The notes beneath the pieces were generated by a model that worked only from the letters and a program-made list of their open reading frames with translations, was not told the origin of the DNA and did no database searches. A stretch of 63,862 bases of DNA, filler included, from an uncultured Methanosarcinales archaeon (GTDB taxonomy: Archaea > Nanobdellota > Nanobdellia > Woesearchaeales > CAZXZL01), in the NCBI GenBank assembly GCA_964645415.1. It is 4 parts of 4 records of this genome, joined end to end, with 100 filler letters (N's around TTAATTAATTAA, not from the genome) between each part and the next. Parts side by side here need not be neighbours in the genome. Positions count along the whole stretch, not along the records: positions 34,883 to 61,131 come from CAZXZL010000009.1; 3 more parts are not named here. One strand, given 5' to 3'. Within the stretch, counting starts at the first letter, position 1. Each line of letters starts with the position of its first letter. Made by a program: the position numbers and the translations under genes. Of this stretch, positions 44,199 to 53,500 are shown one piece after another.

Positions 44199-44996
44199 TT
44201 ACCTCTTAAAAATCCAATCATTTGTAGAATATTTATTATGTTTTAACTTTTTAGCTTTATTAAGTTCTTTATTTGTAATTTTTCCTTTGATAAAATCAAC
44301 ATTAAAAACTTCTTTAAAACCTTTTACTAAATGTTTTTGAACAGAATCTAAGCCTAAATTAAATCCTAGCTCTGAATTAAGTGATGTAACTCGATCTTTA
44401 ACATTTGAAATCATTTTATCCTTTATTTTTTCATTAGGTACTTTTAATACATTAAACATCTCATCAATATTATTTTCTAAAATTAAAGTGCCGTGTTGAA
44501 TAATTACATTATCTAATCTAGTTTGAGCACTTCCAGATATTTTTTTTCCATTAACAATAATGTCATTTATTGATTTAAATTTAGCATTTAATCCAATATT
44601 CTTTAATCCTTTAACTAAAGAAGAACATATTTTTTCATAAGATTTTTTTATATCAGAAGATAAGATATCTTTTGAAACAATTAAAGAATAAGTTATTTCT
44701 GATTTATGATAAACAGCCCCTCCTCCTGTCAATCTTCTAATTACATCTATTCCTTTTTTCTTTGCATAATCTAAATCTACTTCAGATTCTATCTCTTGAA
44801 AATAACCTATTGAAACACAAGGAGGATTCCAATTGTAAAACCTTAATGTATTTTTTGAAAAACCTTTTGAAACAAATTCTGAAATGGATTCATCTAATGC
44901 CATATTCATGTCTCCACTATAAGTATTTAAATTGATTAATCTCCAATTATTAGAATAATTATTATTATCGTTAGTTACTATTTTCAAACACCTCAA
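44199..44996 (-). CDS. lplA: Lipoate/octanoate-protein ligase catalytic subunit (LplA/LipM family)
   Basis: WRLI, NMALDE, LRFYNW..SIGYFQ, RRLTGGGAVYH, ND..GKKISGSAQ, QHGT; no ATG near the GAGGTG RBS, so start is uncertain. Confidence 0.9.
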   Translation of the reverse strand: MRCLKIVTNDNNNYSNNWRLINLNTYSGDMNMALDESISEFVSKGFSKNTLRFYNWNPPCVSIGYFQEIESEVDLDYAKKKGIDVIRRLTGGGAVYHKSEITYSLIVSKDILSSDIKKSYEKICSSLVKGLKNIGLNAKFKSINDIIVNGKKISGSAQTRLDNVIIQHGTLILENNIDEMFNVLKVPNEKIKDKMISNVKDRVTSLNSELGFNLGLDSVQKHLVKGFKEVFNVDFIKGKITNKELNKAKKLKHNKYSTNDWIFKR

Positions 44997-45837
44997 AAGC
45001 TTTATAAGAACTTCTTACAAAAGGATTAGAAAAAACATAATTAATCCCTAAATTTTTTGCATAAGATTTAATTTTATTAAATTCAGATTCAGAATAAAAT
45101 TTTTTAACAGGATAATGATTTTTTGAAGGAGGTATATATTGGCCAACAGTCAAGATATCTATTCTAGATTCATGTAGGTCATTAATTGTTTCTTTAATTT
45201 GATTAAAGGTTTCACCAAATCCTACCATAAATCCAGACTTAGTAATAATACTATTACTTTTAGCATCAATCTTTTTTAAAAGATTAAGTGAATGATTATA
45301 ATCTCCTTTAGGTCTTAAATGATTAAATAAGTTAAAAGTTGTTTCAATATTATGATTTATAACATCAGGATTTGACTCGATTAATTTATCAATTAGTTGA
45401 AGATTATCTATGAAATCAGGTATTAAAATTTCAATCTTACAATTAGGTTTGATTTTTTTTATATTATTAATTACATCAATAAAATGAGATATCCCTTGAT
45501 CAAAAAGATCATCACGAGTAACAGATGTAATTACAACATAATTGAGATTTAGTTTTTTTACTGTTTCTGCAATCATTTTTGGTTCATTTTTGTTTAAGTT
45601 AGTCGGTTCTCCTGATGAGATATCACAATACAAACAATTACGAGTACATATTTCACCCATTATTAAAAATGTAGCAGTTTTCTTAGAAAAGCATTCATAA
45701 CGATTGGGACAATTTGCAGATTCACACACAGTATTAATTTTATTATTTTTTATTAGGTTTTTTGTATCTAAGTAATCATATCTATTAAAATCTGAAATTT
45801 GATAGTTTTTAGGTAGATTTAACTTATTAAAGTCCAT
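44971..45837 (-). CDS. lipA: Lipoyl synthase (radical SAM)
   Basis: CESANCPNRYEC (CX4CX5C), CTRNCLYC, VTRDDL, NHNIET, KSGFMVG.GE, RSSY. Confidence 0.95.
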   Translation of the reverse strand: MDFNKLNLPKNYQISDFNRYDYLDTKNLIKNNKINTVCESANCPNRYECFSKKTATFLIMGEICTRNCLYCDISSGEPTNLNKNEPKMIAETVKKLNLNYVVITSVTRDDLFDQGISHFIDVINNIKKIKPNCKIEILIPDFIDNLQLIDKLIESNPDVINHNIETTFNLFNHLRPKGDYNHSLNLLKKIDAKSNSIITKSGFMVGFGETFNQIKETINDLHESRIDILTVGQYIPPSKNHYPVKKFYSESEFNKIKSYAKNLGINYVFSNPFVRSSYKAFEVFENSN

Positions 45838-47149
45838 TTTTGTTAAGGTATCTAATTTTTTTTGATAGAATTTCTGAAGTATTAATCATAGGATCAAAAA
45901 TAGGAGCAGAACCTGGGTTATAACAAGTTTCAACATTTGAAAGTGAATTGACAGACATATTATTTTTAATAGCAACACTGATTGTATTAATTCTACCAGA
46001 AACATTAACATCACTAAAAACTTGACAACCAATTAATTTTCCAGACTTATTTGCAACCATATTATATTTAATTTTATCATTAGATTTAAAATATTCTGAG
46101 GAAACTTTACTTTCAAAAGTAGCAGAAATAGGGTTTATCCCATGAATTTTTGATTTCCTTGAATTAAAACCAACTGCTCCTAAATATTTATCACCTATTT
46201 TAGTGATTGTTGAATTTAAGAAAGGATTGTATTTTTTATCACAAGATAAGATATTTTCTGCAATAGTTTTTGCACATCTAACTGCTTTTGTCCCAAGCAT
46301 AGATACCTCAAATTCATTATTAATCCCATTTTTAGTTAAAGCACAATCACCACCAGAAAATATATTCGGATCAGAAGTTTTTAAATAATCATCTACTATA
46401 ATTCCTCTTTTAACATTTAATCCTATCTTTTTAGCTAGAGAAATATTTGGTTTAAGACCAGTACAAGAAAAAATAAGACCAGAAGGTAAATCTTTTTCAT
46501 CTAAAATCACTTTATCTTTTTTGATTTCTTTAACATTAGAGTTAAAAAATAAATTAATTCCTAATGATTTTAAATATTTTTCAACATCTTTAGATAGATT
46601 TGAATCAATTATCGAAGGTAATAAATAATCTTCAGATTCAATTAAATTTACATTAATACCAATTTTATTTAAAGAAACAGCTAACTCAACACCAATTAAA
46701 CCTGACCCAATCACTGAGATATTTTTTATCTTTCTGTTTTTTAAATTCTGATTTAAAAGATGATAATCTTCTATAGAATTAAAAGATAAAGTATTTTCAA
46801 CCCCTTTAATATTTGGAAATTTTTGTTTACTCCCAGTACAAAGAACAACATAATCATAACTATATTTATTTGAGTCAGTTATTACTAATTTATTACTTCG
46901 ATCTATATTTTTAACTTCAGATCCTAAAACAATCTCAATATTATTTCTTTTAAAGTCTGATTTACTAAAAGGAAAAATTTCTTTTTCAGAAACTACTTCA
47001 TCAGAGATTAAATAAGGAAGAGAACATTGAGAATAATCTAAATTATTAGTTTTCTCTAAAATAGTTATATCTATTTTTTTATTTAACTTTCTTAAATGAA
47101 AAGCACAACTTGTTCCTAAAGTTCCTCCACCGATAATAATTACTTTCAT
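45827..47149 (-). CDS. FAD/NAD(P)H oxidoreductase, CoA-disulfide reductase/NADH oxidase family (single redox Cys)
   Basis: IIGGGTLG, YSQCSLPY, IGSGLIGVE, FSGGDC, C-terminal CYNP..AP..DP. Confidence 0.85.
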   Translation of the reverse strand: MKVIIIGGGTLGTSCAFHLRKLNKKIDITILEKTNNLDYSQCSLPYLISDEVVSEKEIFPFSKSDFKRNNIEIVLGSEVKNIDRSNKLVITDSNKYSYDYVVLCTGSKQKFPNIKGVENTLSFNSIEDYHLLNQNLKNRKIKNISVIGSGLIGVELAVSLNKIGINVNLIESEDYLLPSIIDSNLSKDVEKYLKSLGINLFFNSNVKEIKKDKVILDEKDLPSGLIFSCTGLKPNISLAKKIGLNVKRGIIVDDYLKTSDPNIFSGGDCALTKNGINNEFEVSMLGTKAVRCAKTIAENILSCDKKYNPFLNSTITKIGDKYLGAVGFNSRKSKIHGINPISATFESKVSSEYFKSNDKIKYNMVANKSGKLIGCQVFSDVNVSGRINTISVAIKNNMSVNSLSNVETCYNPGSAPIFDPMINTSEILSKKIRYLNKNGL

Positions 47150-47186
47150 ATATTATAAACCCCAAAAAATTCATTTTAAGATAAAA

Positions 47187-47579
47187 TTAATCAATTTTAT
47201 CACTATAAAATTTTTTAGCTTCTAAACTATCCATTAAATTTTCAATTTCAGACACATCTTTAATCTTAACTTTCATTATCCATTCTTCATAAGGATTCTT
47301 ATTTAATTTAGAAGGATTATTAAACAAATCTTTATTAACATCAATGATTTCACCAGAAACAGGAGAAGAAAGATGACCAGACCATTTTATTGCCTCTAAA
47401 GAAACATAAGTCTCTCCTTTCTTAATATTATTTCCTCTCTTAGGAAGGTCAATAAAAACAAACTCTTTAACTTGAGTTGAAGCAAGAAAGTTTACTCCTA
47501 TTTTTACAACATTATCATCTAAACTTACCCAAGAAAAATCTTTATCATAAAGTAATTTTTCAGGAAATTTATCCTTCAT
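47187..47579 (-). CDS. gcvH: Glycine-cleavage H-like lipoyl carrier protein
   Basis: LLY..SWV..KIGV..VFIDLP..G..LEAIKWSGHLSSPVSGEIIDVN..P..LN.NPY..W; ATG overlaps the upstream gene, AGGTGA RBS. Confidence 0.88.
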   Translation of the reverse strand: MKDKFPEKLLYDKDFSWVSLDDNVVKIGVNFLASTQVKEFVFIDLPKRGNNIKKGETYVSLEAIKWSGHLSSPVSGEIIDVNKDLFNNPSKLNKNPYEEWIMKVKIKDVSEIENLMDSLEAKKFYSDKID

Positions 47580-48936
47580 CTTTATCACCTTCTAAATCAT
47601 CAAAACTAGATCCGATTTTAATACCAAATTTAGGTAGTATTTTTTGATGTAAAAACATAATAACAAAAGACAAAATAAATGCAAATCCAAATACATATAG
47701 AGAACCAACAATTGTTCTCATAAGATCATCTCTAAAAATTAAAACCCATGCTAAAGCAAGCATTAAAACTCCTCCAATTAATTTTAAAATACGTCCATGC
47801 TTCTTCTGGAATTTTTTTGATTTTAATGTAAATACTGCAGAAAAAAAGATAACTAGCTCTATTATAAGATATATCAAGATATATAAAATTAATAAAGAGT
47901 AAAAAGAAACACCAAATATACCTTGATCAGACATAAAACCAGACCAAATCATAGGAAAACCTGAAGTACAAGGAAGCTCAATTAAAGTAACTCCTAAAGC
48001 CATAACTGCAGTAGCAATGAGCATAGAAGGAAGAGATTTATCAGGATCCATAATGTTTCTCATCTTTTTAAATAACTTTGGTTTAAATTTATCAGGTATA
48101 GTAAACGATATCCCTTTTTTATACCAAAAATAATCCTTAATATTAACAACTGCAAAAATAAAAGCAAGTAAACCTACAATTAATTTAATCCAAAAACTGT
48201 AACCAATATATGTAAATACATTTAATAATCCAACAATAAATAGACCATAAACTGTAGCAGTAACAGTTAAAAAAGTTATTCCAACAAGAGCTATTTTCTT
48301 TCTTGAACCAGTATATAAAACAATTCCTAAAAGAAAAGTTAAAACCCATAAAGAACAAGGATTAAATCCATCAACAAAAGCAATCATACTAGTAAATAAC
48401 ACTGCAGGCATATCTGAAGCATCAATTTTGCCAATAAACGGAACATCAATTTTTTCAACAGACTCTCCAACATAATCACTATCATCAGGGATACCAGGAG
48501 TAATACCATCTATCTGTTCTATAGGACAATCACAACCATATAATTCACATTCAATTAATTCATTTTCTAAATAATTTTCAATCTCAGAAATCCCTAAAAG
48601 ATAGTTATCTCCGATAAAAACAATTGGAAAACCTGCCGTTTCTAAATTATATTTCTCTTTAAATTCATTATATAGTTCTAAATTTTCTTTTTCTGATACA
48701 TTATAGATATGAAGTTCTGAATCAGATAAATTTTCATTAATGAAATTTAAAACTTTTTGACATTGAGGACACTCATAATCAACAAATAAATGTATGCATT
48801 GATTAGATAAATCAAATTCTTCAGTAGATGTTATCTCATGTTGTGAGTGAATACCAAAGCTCAAGAGAAAAAGGAAAAAAATAATCACTGAAAAAAACTT
48901 TAAGTAATTAATATTTTGAAATTTTCTAATAATCAT
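47569..48936 (-). CDS. Thioredoxin/glutaredoxin-fold domain fused to CcdA/DsbD-type membrane domain
   Basis: N-terminal signal/TM, CPQC and cis-Pro GFPIVFIG, CxxxxCxC linker, TM region with DGFNPCS and IELPCTSG. Confidence 0.85.
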   Translation of the reverse strand: MIIRKFQNINYLKFFSVIIFFLFLLSFGIHSQHEITSTEEFDLSNQCIHLFVDYECPQCQKVLNFINENLSDSELHIYNVSEKENLELYNEFKEKYNLETAGFPIVFIGDNYLLGISEIENYLENELIECELYGCDCPIEQIDGITPGIPDDSDYVGESVEKIDVPFIGKIDASDMPAVLFTSMIAFVDGFNPCSLWVLTFLLGIVLYTGSRKKIALVGITFLTVTATVYGLFIVGLLNVFTYIGYSFWIKLIVGLLAFIFAVVNIKDYFWYKKGISFTIPDKFKPKLFKKMRNIMDPDKSLPSMLIATAVMALGVTLIELPCTSGFPMIWSGFMSDQGIFGVSFYSLLILYILIYLIIELVIFFSAVFTLKSKKFQKKHGRILKLIGGVLMLALAWVLIFRDDLMRTIVGSLYVFGFAFILSFVIMFLHQKILPKFGIKIGSSFDDLEGDKDEG

Positions 48937-48984
48937 TTAAGTCACCTATTATAAATAAATGTTGAAAAGCTATTTAAACATTTG

Positions 48985-49024
48985 TTTCAAAAATTGAAAT
49001 AAACTCTTTTTTCATAATATGAAA
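48985..49024. promoter_or_regulatory. Two TTTCA-N5-TGAAA palindromes just upstream of the operon TATA box
   Basis: TTTCAaaaatTGAAA (48985-48999) and TTTCAtaataTGAAA (49010-49024); TTTAAATA on minus strand at 48971-48978. Confidence 0.5.
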
Positions 49025-49027
49025 TAA

Positions 49028-49516
49028 TTAATTAGATAAAAAAATATCAAAATAATCTTCTTTTAAAGAAATTTTATTAGTCATTCCATTTTTTTCTTTA
49101 TTAATTATTTTTTTTGACTCTAATTTGGAGATTTTTCTAGATATCTTTACTGGTGAAAGATTAGTTATTTTTTTAATTCTACTTTGACTAATAGAACCTC
49201 CTTCATTGATCAATAGTTTCACAATCTCTTTTTCAGAACCTTCAAAAAAATTTAAAGTCTTATCAACTTTATTATTAAAGTTATTAACTTTGTCTGAAAA
49301 GTTTTTTCTTAAAATATAGTAAACAAATGTACCTACAAAAATACCTAAAATTGACATTAAAATCATTAAAGAAGGAATAGTAATACTACAACCACACATT
49401 TCTTGAACACTATATCTTTCTCTGATAAAAATTGAAGTAAAAAAAACTAAAAATAGAAATCCAGAAATAATAGAAACAGCTAAAGCTATTTCTTTAAAGC
49501 TATTTTTTTCATTCAT
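49028..49516 (-). CDS. Membrane-anchored winged-helix (MarR-like) transcriptional regulator
   Basis: Two TM helices with an EMCGCS loop, then EKEIVKLL..GGSISQSRI..LSPVKISRKISKLESKKII.KEKNGMTN. Confidence 0.8.
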   Translation of the reverse strand: MNEKNSFKEIALAVSIISGFLFLVFFTSIFIRERYSVQEMCGCSITIPSLMILMSILGIFVGTFVYYILRKNFSDKVNNFNNKVDKTLNFFEGSEKEIVKLLINEGGSISQSRIKKITNLSPVKISRKISKLESKKIINKEKNGMTNKISLKEDYFDIFLSN

Positions 49517-49624
49517 ATTATTTAAATAATTACGTTCTTAATAATAGTTTCTATTTTTTGTTAGTATTTATTAGTAGCAAAAGGTTTAAATAAAAATAGT
49601 AGTTTAAAATTAATCCTAAGAAAA

Positions 49625-50038
49625 ATGAATCTTGAAAAAAAATTATCACTAAGTAAAAAAGAAGTTAAAGTAATAGAAGAGAAAATTAATAATATTAATC
49701 TCAAAAATGCTGTGAATGAAACTGAAAAATATATTACCGCTTTAAAGAAAAAAGAATTTACAAAAAAAGAAAAGAACTACATTAGAATAAAAATTATAGA
49801 TAATCTAGAGATGAATTCAACATTTGATTTTATATTATTCTTTTTAGAAAGTAAGTTACTATTAACATTAAATCTAAAACCAAAACTGAAAGAAGAGCTG
49901 ATTAAAGTAAAAAATAGAAATGAAGAAAAGTATTTAAAAGAAAAACCAATCATTTCAAGGATAATTGGTTATACTTTTGGAATATTTATAGGATTTAACT
50001 TAATAACAAAAAAATCTTCTCTTTATAAAATTAAATAA
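49625..50038 (+). CDS. Hypothetical protein
   Basis: ORF preceded by AAAAGGTTTAAATA BRE/TATA; short C-terminal hydrophobic segment. Confidence 0.55.
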   Translation: MNLEKKLSLSKKEVKVIEEKINNINLKNAVNETEKYITALKKKEFTKKEKNYIRIKIIDNLEMNSTFDFILFFLESKLLLTLNLKPKLKEELIKVKNRNEEKYLKEKPIISRIIGYTFGIFIGFNLITKKSSLYKIK

Positions 50039-50057
50039 TCTCTCTATGGACTTCACT

Positions 50058-50094
<37 letters not shown>

Positions 50095-50121
50095 GGAGAT
50101 AAAATAGATTAAAGAAAAAAA

Positions 50122-50472
50122 TTAAACAGGTTCTAGTTCATCTAAATTTTCAATTTCTTCTTCAGTTAATGGTTCACACCATATCAAACTACCCATACAA
50201 TCTAATACTCCAGGTCCATAACCATTAGGACAACCATAACCATCATCAGGAAGTAAAGCATAATCATTTTCTCTCATATATTCAACAGAATCCCTACAAC
50301 AATCAACATTTTGACTATCTAAACAATCATTATATAATTGGTCATAATCAGGTTCTTCAAGTTCAAACTCACCAGGTGCATCCATTAAAAAAATATCTGC
50401 TGCTAAAAATCCAATCGAGAAAGCAATAATCACTAAAAGTCCAATTCCTATAAACATTCCTTTATTTTTCAT
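50122..50472 (-). CDS. Small membrane-anchored Cys-rich protein
   Basis: N-terminal TM; six Cys (C..CC..CP..C..C), acidic. Confidence 0.65.
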   Translation of the reverse strand: MKNKGMFIGIGLLVIIAFSIGFLAADIFLMDAPGEFELEEPDYDQLYNDCLDSQNVDCCRDSVEYMRENDYALLPDDGYGCPNGYGPGVLDCMGSLIWCEPLTEEEIENLDELEPV

Positions 50473-50528
50473 AGATATCTATTAATATTTAAAAATAAAC
50501 ATATAAAAAATTATCTTTTTTATAATAA

Positions 50529-53500
50529 TTAATTTAATTCAGATTCATCAGATAATTCAGTTAATTCAATATTTTCAGGATAAAATCCTTGATTTTCATC
50601 AGTATTAATATAAAATTGATCAGTATCTTCAGTTTTTAATTTGTATATTTTATATAACATCAAATAAATAAAAATAAGTAGGATTAAAAAGATAATATCA
50701 AATACTCTTCTTGATAAAATACTTCTTGAATCAAAATTATCATTTTCATACATATCAACCATTTCATCATATATGACTCCAGAATGATTTATATTAGAAG
50801 AAGTAGTGTTTTGAAATATTTTTATACGGTTATCATAAATTTTATCTTTTTTACTATCAGTAACATCTTTTTCTTTTAAAATTATTTGATAATAACCAAA
50901 ATGGGGTAAACTTTCGTGAAAGTATATATAATGATCATCTTTAAATAAATAATCCATTTTGTATTTATCCATCATATTATCTTCTGAAAATTCTTTCAAA
51001 TAAACATTAAAATTATTTTCTTTATTATCAATATCTAATTTCAATTTTATATTAATTCCACTTTTAATATAATCTGAATAATTAGAAGTTAAATGAAAAT
51101 AAAAAGGACTATTATATTTACTCTTATTATTACTTTCATAATCAATAATCTTAAGTGGTTTTTCTTTAAATTCATGTAATTCAAAGTAAAAATCATCAAT
51201 ATTTGAACTAGAGTTAAATTCTACTTTTTGGATAATGAAATCATCTAACATCTCTAAACTATTTTTACCTTTTACTAAACTAGTAGTTCTTATATCACTT
51301 CTAATTGGAGAAGAATAATATTCTAATTCATCATCTTCATCTTCATTGCCATCATCAGATTCTTCATATAATTCACTTTCATCAGGAACACTGCTACTTC
51401 CTAAATCAGATTCTCCATCATCAGAAACATCATCACTTTCTTCATCTGATTCAGGTTCTTTTTCTCTACTAACACTACATTTTGATGTTTCACCACCATA
51501 CTCTCCAATACACTCCCATGTAACAGAATCTCCTTTATCTGGAAAGGAAGGATAAACAGGATCTAATTCACCAGAATCACAAAAATCATTTTCATCCCAC
51601 TCATCAACATCATAACCATATTGAAGACCATCTTTATCACTACATTTACCATCGATAACCTCATTATATGAAAAAAAGGTACTAAAACGATAAGTCCAAA
51701 GAATTAAATCATTTCCATCATCAAAAAAACAAGTCTTATTAGTTTTATAATTAATATTTGATGGATCATTTATATCTTTACAACTTTTATTTATATTAAC
51801 TACCTTTGAATTATTATTTTTCAAAGCAACATTCTTTTCAGATTCACCTGATAAATTAATTCTGACTGGTTTATCAAATTGAACTCCTGATAAATTAGAA
51901 CCAATAAAAATATTTTCTCCTATCTTCTTTCCTTGATGTTCAAAATCTTTATCAGAATAAGGAAGATAAAAATTACCATCAAAATGATCATTAAAAGTTA
52001 AAGTTAAGTTTTCTGGGAAGAAGATGGAATGATTATCTTTATGATTCATTATCATTTCATTTTTTAAATAAAGTTCATTATTAACAAGATTATTTAATAT
52101 ATTGAATCTAACTTTATTATTACTAGTATTTATCATTTTAATTTTTGAAAGGTCAGTATAAAATAAACTAGATGTTTGGTTAGATACCTTGTATTTACTA
52201 TGATTTATTATATCCTCTCCTTCACTTAAATTTTTTAATATATTAAAATTAGAGATAGAAGTTATCTTTCCTGAATTACCTTTACTATCTTCAGCCCAAA
52301 AATAATATGAATAATTACCATAAGATAAATTTGAAAGGGAGTAGTTAAAAACATTATTTTCTCTATAAAGATTAAAGCTTTTAAATTCATTTGAAGAATG
52401 ATTTTTTAAAAATAATTTTGATTTATTAATACCATTAGGGTCATATAATTTAATTTCAAACGAATAATTATTTGATTTATTATAAATTGTTGGGAGATTA
52501 ACAGAAACATCATTAACTCGAGGAGGTTTTTCATCAATTACTTCAATTGTTTTTGTATCATTAGAAGAATAAAAATTATTACTTCCTGAATAGAATAAAG
52601 TTAAGTTCTTTTTTCCAACATTTGTCAAGTTGAGAGAGTAATTGAAATTCGAATTATTAAAGTTACTTAAAGAAGTATCAAATAATAAAAGTTCCATTGA
52701 ACTAATATCTCCTTTAATAATATTTCCAGATAAATTAATTTTAGAACCATAAGAATAGTTTTTTGAATTATTATAAATGGTTAATTCAACATTACTCTGG
52801 GACTTAGTTATTTTAAAATTAAAAATTGTTGAGTTCTTATTTCCAGAAGAATCATTTACAGAAATATTTAATGAATAATTATCGACATCTAATTTTGTTT
52901 TATTAGTTAATTTACCCTTATCAGAAATTAAAAATCTTTCTGAGTCATTAACTGAAAACTCATCAATTTCAACGTTATCTGTTGCATTAAAATTTATCTC
53001 TGGAAAATCACCACCATAAGTGAGATTAAAACTTTCTGGGATATTTTTGAATTTTGGAGCCTCCTTGTCAAGAACAGATAAATTTAAAGAAACATTTTTT
53101 GATTTATAATTACTAGAATTATAAAAACGTGAAATAATAGATAAATTACCTAAAGTATTATTAAAAGTATAATTATAACTAATATTAGTTGGATTAGATT
53201 GAACTAACTTATCAGAATTATAACTATTATTATAGTCTATCAATAAATCAAAATAACCAAATTCTCCTTTAGATAAGTTACTTTTTATCAAAAAACTATC
53301 TCCGAAATTTACATATTCCCCATTTGAGAAGTTTTTCAAAGATAAATTTATTTTTGGTTTGGATGTTAAAATTTTTAATTCATTAGAAACTAAAATTGAA
53401 GAACTAGAATAATTCTCTCCTCCTGATGTATTCAAGATATATTGATAATTACCTACATCCTTAATATTATCTTCTACACCAACATACTCACCATCTCTCC

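Noticed and set aside
45827..47579. Canonical glycine cleavage system or dihydrolipoamide dehydrogenase
   Set aside because: No P or T protein in the window, and the flavoprotein lacks the Lpd CxxxxC motif
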